Shown here: positions 14,068 through 42,037 of the stretch, piece by piece
Position numbering within the stretch: position 1 is the stretch's first letter
How the letters are laid out: each line of letters opens with the position of its first letter
Assembly: GCA_012295275.1 (NCBI GenBank)
Contig: CM022671.1
Span: forward strand, 4,092,001-4,156,000
Length of the DNA stretch: 64,000 nucleotides
Source: Chrysomallon squamiferum
Lineage: Eukaryota > Animalia > Mollusca
Reading direction: 5' to 3'
Program-made: the position numbers and the translations under genes
The notes under the pieces: generated by a model
Database searches by the model: none
The model's input: only the letters and a program-made list of their open reading frames with translations
Told to the model about the DNA's origin: nothing

Positions 14068-16992
14068 GACGTCGTGGACGACGTGGTTCACAAGCTGTGT
14101 CGTGGTCTGGGCAACGACTGGTTTCGTCTCGCTCTTCAGCTCGGATTTTCTCACTCGCAGCTCGAAGATCTTAGCACGTCGTTTGAACTGGAACCTCGCT
14201 GCCAAGCGGTTGCCCGGATGTTGTATCAGTGGTGCCACCTGGTGTCCGCGAGGCACGGCAAAAGCCAGACTCGGGTGCTGTTGACGTCAGTACTTCGTGA
14301 CATTGAAAGAAACGATCTTGCCGAAGAGTTTGGAGACGGAACTGAACCTAGTGAGTAAAAACATTAATGAATCACTTTTACTGGACAGAGTCACACGATC
14401 ATTTGCAAAGGTTAAATTTAATTTAATTTTTTTCCTTCGCAGACTCGGAAATACCGCCTCGTCTTGAAGACGATCTTGTAACGTCCATAAAGAATCTCTG
14501 TTTGTGTCCAGGAGCTGTTTCAAATGGACAAGGTGAGACAACCATTTTATAACTACTGGATAATAACTACACTGCGGTGTAGATAGAGGTGTAACGGTTA
14601 TCGAAAATAAACGTTTTCTCGTCGTGGTAATGATTCCTGTTTGACTGTTTGACTGGCGATAAAGAAGTAATGGTTAGAGCGAAAATAAAAGTTTTATTAT
14701 CATTATCTTTTTATGTTCATTGTCATAATCAGTTGCTACTGGTAGCGTTCGCGATACGGTGAAGACGAATTTATTTTTCTATTCATTATTTATTCATTTT
14801 CACAGAAGTTATTTTATTTTATTTCGTTTCTTGTAGCCCAGCTTAACAGTCGAATAGAAAAATGGAAGAGAGACTGTGCCATATTTCACGAGACTCGAGC
14901 CTACAGCCACGTAAAGAAACTGCTCTTCGACACGGGAATTGTAACCGTGATAGGAAAACAAGGTGACGGCAAGACCGCCATAGCAGAGCAGCTGGCGCTG
15001 ACGTACCTGGCGCAGGGTTACGACGTCGTCATCGTGAGCTCGCCAGAGGAGTGGAAAGAAAAGTGGAACCCTGAGAAGAAGCAGATCGTGTTCATGGACG
15101 ACGTGTTCGGTCGAAATCACGTGTTCTCTGACGTCACTCTGGAGCAGTGGACGTTCAGAGGGGAGGAGATGAGGGAGTGCAACGAGAGAGGTCACACGAA
15201 GGTCGTTTCCACAGTGCGCGACTACATCTTCAACGACTGCAAGCAGGTACGGAACGTGGAGCTTTTCAGAACGGTCGTCAACGTGTCTTCCGAGCCGTGG
15301 AAACTGGACGCTGACGAAAAGTACGAAATACTGAAGCGCCACCTGGTCAACAACCAGCGTCGTGCACCTGGACGAACGGACGATGAAGGAGATCGCGCGG
15401 AGAGACTGCGTCCACGGCTTCCCTCTTCGCTGTCGTCTGTTCGTGTCCGACAGACGTCTCCAGGATCAGGGATTCACGTTCTTCAGCAGACGTCTGCCCG
15501 ACATTTTGACGGACGAACTGAGGTACATGAAGAAACACAGCAGACTGAAATACGCCGCGCTCGTTCTTCTCATGCTGTGCGACGGGAACATTGCAGACAG
15601 CCAGTTCCAGGACGACGATCACAACAAGACCTGGATCTCCCATCTCCTTCACAACCTAGTTCAATCAGTCAGGTTCAAACAGTCGAAACAGTTGGACTAT
15701 CTCTTCGTGTCCCTGAAGTGCGAACTCGGTCTGCCGCCAGAAACCACGCTGGCTAAAATGAAGGAAAGTCTGCTTACGATGACCGGTTCGTACGTCATCT
15801 ATTTCGACAGACAGTTTAAATTTGTGCACGACTGCATGTCCGAGGCCGTAGCGTCTCTGTTCGGGAACTGCGCAACGCATCAGACTTTCTTCGTTGACCA
15901 TTGTTCAGTATCAGCGCTTCAGCAGTACGTTTATCTGGACAACGAACCCAACGAACAAGCCATGTCAGTCTGTCTTCACTCGGAGTCGTTTTCCAGCCTG
16001 GCTCAGAGACTAACAAAGGAAATAGCTTCAGGCAGTGGCCCCTTCTGTTGCAGACCAACCAGTTCGCTTCTAGAAAGTTCACTGACGTATGGATCAAACT
16101 GCTGTCCTCAAAACACTGCCAGGAGGTCAAGTCTCTGTTTCTTCAGAAAGACAAACACAACCGAACTCTTCTGCAGTGGGCAGTGAAGTCTGGAAACATC
16201 AATTTACTCAGGTTTTACTTGGCGTGCGACGTCTGCCCAAGTCAGCTGATGTTAGACGCTGCCAGCTTGAACCAGACAGCATCGGTGAAATTTCTGCTCG
16301 CGAAAGGCGCAGACGTGAACGCGTGTAAGAACTCGGGACAGACGGCGCTGTTGTTAGCAGCTACGCACGGTAACGTCCTCTTAACGGAACTTTTGCTGGA
16401 GAAAGGTGCAAGCGTCAACATGGCCGACCAGAAGGGCTGCAATCCGCTGCACAGCGCGTGCGTTCAGGGATTTCAGCAAATCGTCGAACTGTTGATCGAA
16501 CACAAAGCGAACGTCAACAACACTGACAGCAACGACTGCACGGCACTGTTCCACGCCAGCTGCCACGGGCACCTCCACCTAGTGAAACTGCTGCTTCAGA
16601 ACGGAGCTGATCCGTCCATCAGGAACAACCTGGGTGGAAGTCCTTTCTTCGCCTCCTGCGTCAACGGACACTGGGACATCGCCAACCTTCTGCTGAGGGA
16701 GAACGCGGACCTTTCCGCCCGGGACTACACGGGCCGCACCGCCCTCCACTGGGCGTGTCTTCGAAGGTTCGAGAACGTCGTCCAGCTCCTCGTCAACAAC
16801 GGAGCCGACACCGGTGCTGTGGATCACCGCGGCAGGACGCCAGTGCACTATGCCGCTATCGGAGGCAACAGACGAGTTTGGCGAATACTTCTCAACGCCG
16901 GCGCAGACGTCTTTGTTACTGACTATGATGGATGCATGCCGGTGCACCTTGCGAACAGAGAATCCAAAATAAACAGTCTGTTTGGAGAATGA
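13378..16992 (+). CDS. NLR-like protein: Death domain + STAND P-loop NTPase (nSTAND3-like) + ankyrin repeats; about 848 aa after correcting two 1-nt frameshifts
   Basis: Exons 13378-13396 (MDEDKS), 14069-14350, 14443-14532 and 14837-16992; all introns are GT-AG, phase 1, and join in frame. Motifs: Death-domain pattern [15 protein letters not shown]...MLYQW...[11 protein letters not shown]; Walker A GKQGDGKT (14953-14976); Walker B IVFMDD; GFPL (15416-15427); FVHD (15821-15832); serial ankyrin repeats to stop TGA at 16990-16992. Frame switches are needed near 15354 and 16032. Confidence 0.85.
13686..14000. repeat. (TACA)n/(CA)n compound microsatellite in intron 1 of the DD-STAND-ANK gene
   Basis: Direct inspection. 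Confidence 0.9.
14069..14350 (+). CDS. Death-domain exon (exon 2) of the DD-STAND-ANK gene
   Basis: Acceptor tttag at 14064-14068, donor gtgagt at 14351, phase 1-1. Translation [34 protein letters not shown]...[10 protein letters not shown]...[18 protein letters not shown] matches the Death-fold consensus (LGxDWxxLAxxLG, MLxxW, LxxIxRxDLAE). Confidence 0.85.
14837..16030 (+). CDS. STAND NTPase module (NBD, helical domain with GxP, winged helix with an HD motif)
   Basis: FHETRAY...[16 protein letters not shown]...[11 protein letters not shown] in the frame of ORF 14947; GFPLRCRLF and FKFVHD in the frame of ORF 15362. Confidence 0.8.
16140..16992 (+). CDS. Ankyrin-repeat array (about 8 full repeats plus a partial one)
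   Basis: 33-aa periodic repeats such as [52 protein letters not shown] and [12 protein letters not shown] in ORF 15901-16992. Confidence 0.95.
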
Positions 16993-16997
16993 TTTAG

Positions 16998-17170
16998 ACA
17001 CACACACGTGCACAGAGACATACACACACACACACACACGCACACAGACACACACACACACACAAATACACACACGCACAGAGACACACATACATACACA
17101 CACACACGCGCGTACACAGACACACACACAGAGACACACCGACACACACACACACATACACACATACACG
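16998..17170. repeat. Imperfect (CA)n microsatellite directly after the stop codon
   Basis: Direct inspection. Confidence 0.9.
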
Positions 17171-19080
17171 CAGGATCTTTCCGCTGATATTTCATTTAAC
17201 AACAGCATTCTGATATTTAAAGTGATATTTTCCGAAAGTGACGATCATTAAGATCTGTATATACTTGTAAATAACCGATTATATATATATATTATTATTA
17301 TTGTTTATACTTTTTATACTTTTTATTTAATTTGTCAAAACTTTATTATTGTTATTATCATCATTGTCATTGATATTACTACTATTTGTACTACTACTAT
17401 TTCTACTACTGCCAGTATTATTATTACTATTTAAATGCTTCTATATTTGTATTTCCATGAAAAATACTGGATACATTAAAGGTTATAAAATACATTAAGC
17501 ATCACTAGATATGATTTCAAGAAACACATTTAGTATTCTAATTAATGTTTTTAAATTTGTTTTATGTCGCCATTGATCTTCTTACTCTTATTCTTCTTAT
17601 CATCAGCTTCATTGTCATCGTCATCACACACACTGACACTGTTTATATACAGTGTAGCTATTAAGATAACAGAATGATTAAGTTATTATACATCTGTTCT
17701 GTTTGGATGATGTTTAATAATGCACATTAAAATATCTCTATATCATAACCTTTTACTTTGATGTTAAAAAAATGAGACAGTATAAATCAATTTAAAACAA
17801 GGAAAGAAATACCAAACAAAATGTTAAATATAAATATATAATTTATTTGCGCCATCTTAAAACGGGCTAATCTCACATACATGACTATAATAACAATAAA
17901 TTATATCTTTTAAATTACATTTTTTAATATTTCTCAGTAGATGCTTAATTTTCAAATTAATACCAAACAAAACAATAACAACGTAATTATATTGTTTTTA
18001 CTAATAATAAAAACTAGCATACAAGTTATTTGAAAATATTACAAGAAATAAATAAAATGTGTACAAATAACAGAACTGGAATACAAAATGTATGCAGTTA
18101 AGTAAACGAGTATACTAAGTTTATGCAAATACGAGAAACAGTTTAAACAAAAGAGGGCTGATATTCTGTTACACAAAATATATGAATAATTGTATCAGGG
18201 GTCAGGACAAATCAAACATTTATTACCATTTGTTATTATTAATTAACCTCAAAGGCCGTCTAGATACTGTTCAATCAAATCTATCGATCTTTCTCTGTTG
18301 TAATATTATCCTTGAGAAATCTTATCTGATTGGTTATTTGTTTTAGTTTGTGTTTTAGAAGCCGTCTTGAATTTCGTCCAATCACGATCGTCGATATATT
18401 TTCAGTTGGAGTGGTCACTGAGAATCACTATAGCAACAGCAGCTGATCTTTGATTTTTAACCTTTTTTCTTTTGATGATGTTTTATTTGCTGTTCAATTA
18501 AACATCTGTGTTTTTTCGTAGCCCGAGATATATTTCATTTGGAATTATGTCTTTAAAAACAAAAAAAATCACTATATTATGATGTAGGTTTTGCCCTTTC
18601 GAACTATTCAGAGTATTATGTCGATTTAAAAAAAAAAATTATAAAACTTATTCGATACCCATTCCCTATCGTTTCTAAGTAATCTTTGATTAAATGATAA
18701 TTTGAAAAAAAAAAAAAAAAAAATGTATAATATATTTATATATATATATTTCTGTATCAAATTTAATATCATTTAGAATATAATTAATTTAGTATATTTT
18801 ATTAAGTCAAATAGTAATTCGATAAAGTATAAAATAATCGTACGATATTTATTAGTCATTCAGTACATCTGTCAGTTTTAAATGTTATTTCAGTCATGTA
18901 AAAGTCAAGTAAGAATGGAGGAAACTAAATAGACAGTTATCCCGGATATAGATCTTCACAAAAATTGGAAGAATTAAAAATGAGAGATTTAAAACCGTTA
19001 ACATAAAAAAAAAAATAATAATAATAATAATAATAAAAATTATATTTCAATATATATGTCTTTTTGTCTTTCTTCTAGTT

Positions 19081-19111
<31 letters not shown>

Positions 19112-19499
19112 AAGAATTTTTTATTTATTTATTTATTTATTAACTTATCCACTGTTTAGCACAGATTCAACGATGACGTACTTTTTAACTAAATGGAATG
19201 TCACTTATTATATTATATTATCCTAAACATGGAAAAAAATTGCTTTAGCGATGTCAAAGGTCATGTCCACAACACTGGTGCTTGAATACATTCTCCTGAA
19301 AGCACGCCTGATGATATGTTCCATACCCAAACCCAGATTCATAATTTAGTATTTGAATTACACTAAATATCACTAACCTATAAGATAAAACAGTAACACA
19401 TAAATAAATAAACAATACATTTTTAAAATTGCAGTCACTAAGTCACAAAATATGTCACTAATCACACCATGAATGTCAACTGATGTAAAAAAAAACACC

Positions 19500-19640
19500 T
19501 TTTAACTCACAAACCCACGATTAAAATAGTTTGTAACTGAATTTCAGAGTATTAACGTGTCTTAATTCACAAACCGACGACTTAAAATTTGTAACAGAAT
19601 TTCGTACATAGAATTTAAGAGTATTAACGTCTTTTAAGTC
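19500..19640. repeat. About 60-bp degenerate tandem duplication downstream of the PRDM14 stop codon
   Basis: ttaactcacaaacccacga...tttgtaactgaatttc...agagtattaacgt occurs twice. Confidence 0.65.
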
Positions 19641-19958
19641 ATAAAAACTGATCATAACACGACTTCACTAATCATAGAACTGAAGTCTGTTAACAAGAGA
19701 AAAAAAAAAAAAAAAAAAAAATAAAGACATATCTGTTACACTGACTTGGAAAAACTGGTGACATTTCATAACGTCTCCACGACAAAAATATTTTAATATT
19801 TAACACTTGATTTAAGAAGTGTATGTCTCGCGTGCAACGTGAATCCTCGGGATTATAACTTTCGAGTCTTCATCCAGTTCTCGTTCGTTACGTGAATTTC
19901 GAGATCACAGACAGTACTTCTCCGTCTTCGAACTATTTTTAGACTGCCAGCGCGTCTT

Positions 19959-36000
<16,042 letters not shown>

Positions 36001-36224
36001 GTCCAAGAAAACAAAACGAGTATTATTCTTCTCCAAAAAAAAATTATAAATTATGCGAACAAAAGTCAACTTCTAATCAGTCCCGCTGTTTTCCATTACT
36101 GAGTTCTCAGTCGTTTCAGTTTTTGTCAAACACTCGTTTACAAAACTAACTCAACGGTCAGCTGGTATTTTTTTTTTTTTCCCCCTTTTTTTTTTTTTTC
36201 GTTTTCTTTAATCGCAAGTCTTCC

Positions 36225-36335
36225 GACTGCAACGCGCATGCGTCACTTCTGATCGCAAAGTGTTTCGTCTGCTTCTTTATTGGATTAAGTTTAACCAATG
36301 CAACCACCTCGGGGGGATTTTGGGGGCGGTGTTCC
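36225..36335 (-). promoter_or_regulatory. Candidate PRDM14 proximal promoter
   Basis: CpG-rich patch 230-330 nt upstream of the ATG with an NRF1-like CGCGCATGCG (36233-36242), ATTGG/CCAAT boxes (about 36278-36299) and a GC box GGGGCGG (about 36322-36328). Confidence 0.45.
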
Positions 36336-36961
36336 GACAAACACTTCTGCATCGTTCCGCGAAACCCCGATGCCTAAGTTGCATCAATGGAAGTGAACTA
36401 ATGCAGAAATAACCTTTCACACGAACGCTAGAACTGCATTATCTTAGACGGACCATTTTTAAGTCGTTATTTGACAGAGGGTTGTGAAAAGCCCGTGAGA
36501 CCAAAACTGCTCGGGTAATGTGACGGAAACCGAAAACTTAATAAAAGCAAAGCAATGATCGCCTAACACTTAATTCTTGGTCTTTCGTAATTCGTTTAGC
36601 GGCCCCGGTCATCCGATTTTCCAAATCAATGTTGTTACGTCTTCAGTTGCGTAATTAAGACAATTGGATAGAGCAAAATGTTACCAAGGTTTTTGTTTTT
36701 CAACAAGCGGCTACGAAACAGCGATATTTCTGTATTGAAAAAAATGATTTGACTGTGTAATTAATTAAAAGATCTATATGACAGCTTGAGAGGATGCTAA
36801 TCGAAAATGTGTCCATTTTAACTTTCTTTTCGGTTTCATTAAAGGTATCTGTAATAAAACCATCGGAATTATTCTGTGTGCATGTGTATGTATGTATGTA
36901 TGTATGTATGTATGTATGTATGCATAAGTGTTTTTGTTTCTGTGTGTGTCTATGTAGTTAG

Positions 36962-36993
<32 letters not shown>

Positions 36994-37918
36994 CTATATT
37001 AGAACAATCGAACTTTGATATACTGACATAACGCAACAATGCAAAAGACAAATAATTTTAATATTCAGTCGGTATTTATAATAACATTTGTGTTGTTCTT
37101 TAGTTATTAAAGCAGATGTCTTGATTATCGGCCAATCCAAACAAAACCCGAAGGTACCTATTAGAACCAATAATTCCAGAAAGAAAAACATTCTTAAACC
37201 TTCAAAAGAAACTATATTCATGACGAGTAATAATGAACTGCATACAGACCTAAAGAAGAGAAAAAAGCGAATAATAATGAGAGTTACAAAAAGTAGCTGA
37301 ACGCGACCTGTTTTCGACGGCGCTATTGTCGTAGGATTCACAAAGAAATGTATCTACGTTTAGGATGGTGTGTAAACAGTGAAAGAAAAATACCTGTATT
37401 TAGGCTGATACGAAAACTGTGAAATCTAAACATTGCGTAGTGTACCTACCGCGATAATCCAAGTGGCTGGGTTTATAGACAAGAAAAGGACTTGACAAGT
37501 GAATAAAAGAATTTTGATAAAACACAAAAGAGCAAGAAGGGAAAGAAACGGAAATTAAAATTACTTTAAAAAAATGATTTAAGTTTTTTAAGTTTTTTAA
37601 TTTAATTTTTCAGTTACTTATTTTATTTATTTATCATAAATGAATAGCATTATATTTTTTATAAAATAATTTATGTTATGTTTTATTATTAATTGATGTT
37701 TGTTAAACGACAGAATTACCTGTCTGTCTCTCTAAAAAAAAAATATATGTTTTTGTATTTTAACATGTTTGCTCAGTTTTATGCTGTAGAGTTATCAAAT
37801 GTTTTCATTTTATAAATTACTTTATTATTGTTTAACATTTCATTTGTCTCTGCTTTATATAAGTTGTTTTTTTATCTTTGTTTTAGCTTATATTAGTATT
37901 ACTACTACTACTACTACG

Positions 37919-37952
<34 letters not shown>

Positions 37953-38664
37953 TTACTACTACTATTATTATTATTGTTATTATTATTTTAATGTTGTTTT
38001 ATTTTTCGTTATTTTATTATATTTTAATTTAATTTTGTTTATTTTTATTATTATCATGATCATGGACATCTTCATCATCTTCATTATTATCATCATAATC
38101 ACCATCACTTAAGAAATATTTTTAGAGTAAAATAAAAAAAATTATTTAAACGAATAACATTATATTTTTTATAAAAATGTTATATTATGTTCTGTTGAGG
38201 AAAACAGTTTTTACTCAAGAGAAAAAACAGAAACAGAAATGATACCTCTACTGTTACTCATTATAAAAAAACTGAACATAACTGAGCATTAATGGTTACT
38301 AAACATCAAACCAGTTTTTAATTATATATATCAAATATCGATAGAAATGCATTCTGGGATTGTACAATCTTTCCAGTATTTCGATAAATAATTTTTTCCT
38401 AAAAATTGCCAAAAGAAATTAAGACATGCTTAAATCATTAAATATACAGTTTTTATTTTATATTGTTATTTTTAGTTTCTTTACTGTGATTAGAGAATTA
38501 TAAGCATATGCCGACAAATTTATTGATATCTGAAAGTTAAAAGAGGTAATAAATTCGATAAAAATTTAATCCCATTCCAAAAAGAGCTCCTGCCATTCCT
38601 CCAAACATATTAATTTAGTTATGACTCATAAAATATATACATATTTCACAATTTTAATATTTTA

Positions 38665-38880
38665 TCTCTCCGTTTTTCTGTTTGTCTCTGTTTGTCTGTC
38701 TCTCTGAATATTTGTCTGTTTGTCTCTGTTGGTCTGTCTCTCTAATTATTTGTCTGTTTGTCCTGTTGGTCTGTCTCTCTAATTTTTGTTGTTTGTTGTT
38801 GTTGTCTGTTTGTCTCTGTTGGTCTGTATCAATTATTTGCCATTTGTAAACATCTGTCTCTCTAATTGTTTGTCTTATCA
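38665..38880. repeat. Degenerate pyrimidine-rich tandem repeat
   Basis: Units like tttgtctgtttgtctctgttggtctgtctctctaatta. Confidence 0.7.
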
Positions 38881-39701
38881 TTTCTTACTGCCTTTTTTGT
38901 TATTTTGTTATCATTTCATTATTATTATTATTATTTTTTTTTTTTTTTAAATTTTTAGACAATCCACAGAAATACGGACAATTTAAACTACTGCAAAGAA
39001 AATAAAGACATTAATATTTTTCTAAATCTTTCATAATGCCTAATATTATTTTCAACAAATTTTCTTTTCCGATGCTGCTTAAAATATGAACGAGTAAAAA
39101 TATTTGCTTTCCTTATTTATTTATTTTTGTTTTCTTAATTATTATTTTTTTCGTTTCTCCTAACTCAGTAATAGTGGTGAAAATAATACATCATACAAAT
39201 TTAAATTATACTTTGTTTATTTTCTCCCCCAGATCACAGCTTCGTAGAAATATAAATTACGTGTTTTTCCTTTATGAAATTTTAGATAACTAATGTGTTG
39301 TTTTTATACAAGAATTACGTAAATTTATTATACAGCGGTCTCTGCACTGTTACTTGTGTTCATCCACTACTACGGCAATAATGCGTTTTCGATGATGCAT
39401 TGAGAACAAACAAAAGAAGAAGAAGCTGATGATGATGATGATGCGTGGAAAGAATGAAAGAAAATACGTGTCTTAACTGTATGGAAAAGTGTTTGCACGC
39501 GTACGGTGCGATTATGGTAATATGAAATTGTTCTAGAACTTGTTTGTTTTATTTTTGTTTTTTGTTTGTTGTTTTGTTGTGTGTGTGCGTGTGTGTGTAT
39601 GTGTGTTTTGTTTGTTACATTTTTTGTTTACTTTTGTTGTTTGGTGTTTTTTTTTTATTATTTTTTTGGGTGTTATTATTAATTTTTTTTTTTTTTCTAA
39701 T

Positions 39702-39744
<43 letters not shown>

Positions 39745-41039
39745 TTTTCACTTTACATCAGTTTAAGATTACTGAAAGAGAAAAGTAGGCTACATTTACC
39801 TGAGAAATAAAACCTAGATTAATGTGAACAACTAAACGCTTAATGAATTATCACAGTCGCCGAACGGATGAATGTACATGAAATTTTAAAACTTTTCAAA
39901 GCAAAGAAATGTTGTTCTAACATTCTCATAAAGCATTCTCAGAAAACAATGAATGTTAAAATGTTCTTGAGAACAGATTAGAGAAACAAGGATTTCAAAA
40001 ATCTAAATTTTAAAAAGTCATTTAATTCTGAGACTTTAAGATTATGTTTCAAATAATAAGAAACTGATTCTTCAAGGCACAAAATTCTTGTACCACAAAA
40101 TCCAGAAAATTAAGTTTTTAATATTTTAGATCATGAAATTTAGATCCGAAAATCGTTATCATTGAACCAAACAATTCTGAGCCATAGATCCACGCATTCA
40201 AAACGTCAGCTTAATAATCAAAAACATTAAAACTAAAAAATTACCTAAAATTAAGCTCGAAAAATCAATAAGAAAAATAGCAAATCATCAAAAGATGCTG
40301 ATCGTTGAATTGAAAACACACTTAAAACCAAATATCGATAGCTTTAATATAAAATATTTTCAGGCTTAAAATTCGAAAGTTCAATTTCAGCTATCTAAAA
40401 ATTTAATACTGAATTTCTAGCCATCTATCAGAAGTTTTGACCATGAAATGTAATTAACCTAAACATTTTATGTCTTAGTTCCAAAATCTTCACATTTGGT
40501 CTTTAAACATATTTATGAAATATTTTACACACACGCACCCATACACACACATACACACCCTTTTATTATAATATTAAAATATTGGCCATGTTCTGAATCT
40601 ATATTTATAAAGGTTTAAAAATATTAAGTTCTAACATGTTGATGCTAAAATGAATTTACTGAAATAAAAAAGAAAAAAAATGGGAAAAAGCGGAAAAGAG
40701 AGAAAGACAAAAATGCAAAGTTATAATTTCAAACATTTAAATATGTTGTTTAAAGCATTTACAATATGATAAACATTCGTTTATTTATTTATTTATTTTG
40801 AAGAAGAAGAAAAACGTTTTGATAAATAATATGAGTGCTTACAGACTGAACAGCGGAAAATATTTAAAACAAAAGTAACTAGTTCAAAAGTAACGTAGAC
40901 GTTATTACAAATTCATTGTCCGTATAATTTATCTTTTATTTTTGAGACTATTTTTTAGGAGTAGGTTTATGAATGTGGTTTCAGGTTTAAAGAGTTAATA
41001 ATTTATCGACATTATATTTCTAATGGACAGACACAGAAA

Positions 41040-41070
<31 letters not shown>

Positions 41071-42037
41071 AGAAAGAAAGAAAGAAAAGAAATTATATAT
41101 ATATATATTTCTACAGTCGTTTCTAGAAAATATATTATTGGTTGAAATGATGTGAAAGCCGATTGGAACAAAAGTGTTACAATCCCAGAATGCATTTCTA
41201 TCGACATTTCCTATGCTGGTTCGGCCATTTGTAATTTGTTTTTTTTGTTGCTGTTGTTAATTGGGTTTGAAAGATAATAGAAACGGTAAAACACATCGAA
41301 ATATTTATTTATCATATAACCAGTTAGTAATGTTATGTGTTTTTAGCTGTTTACTTTTATTATATATTGTCAATTAGCAAACGTGATATTTTAAAGTCGC
41401 ATGAACAAATTCTCAGCGTTAAAATGACATTCAACGTCATACAATCGTAACAATGATACACGTCTTATCGACTTTTTCATTGCCTGAGTTTAATTAAAAA
41501 ACTGTATCATCTGAATGCTAAATTGTCTTAAAATGAGACAAAATATAACTCCGAAGTTACATTGTTGAAAAATAAAAGGATTTTTTTTTTTTCTTTTTAA
41601 ACGAACAAACCGATATAGTCGAAATTGACGGTCGGTGCCCATTTTGTTTTAATTAAACTGCGTTATTATTGATTGTCTCCATCATCATGCAGATTTTTAT
41701 GTGTTTCCGTAAAACTGTCTATGTGGTTTTAGAAGTAGTTAATTCCATTTTATTATTAACATTGCTTGATATCTCCTTCAAAACTGTCTAAGAATCGGAA
41801 AGGTGGTTTTTAAAATTACAAAGTAAGGTGGAACATTATTTACATTGTTATGTGTGTAATAATGAATATTTATTCAGCAGTTTTTAATATATTATTACTT
41901 TTTTTATTATTATATTTTTTTTAAATTTATTTATCTGATAGTGGTAATAATGACGTCAGTTTTTATTTATTCCTTACTCTTACCAATCTATACCCATAGT
42001 CATAAGTATAAAATCAAAATCCTCTTTCTATTAGAAC

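Noticed and set aside
14809-15342. 177-aa minus-strand ORF (also 15347-15652 and 16579-17208)
   Set aside because: Antisense shadows of the GC-rich STAND/ankyrin coding strand plus (CA)n-derived residues; no motifs.
15356-15756. C-terminal half of ORF 14947-15756 and N-terminal part of ORF 15901
   Set aside because: Out-of-frame read-through around the frameshifts; the conserved motifs lie in the 15362 frame.
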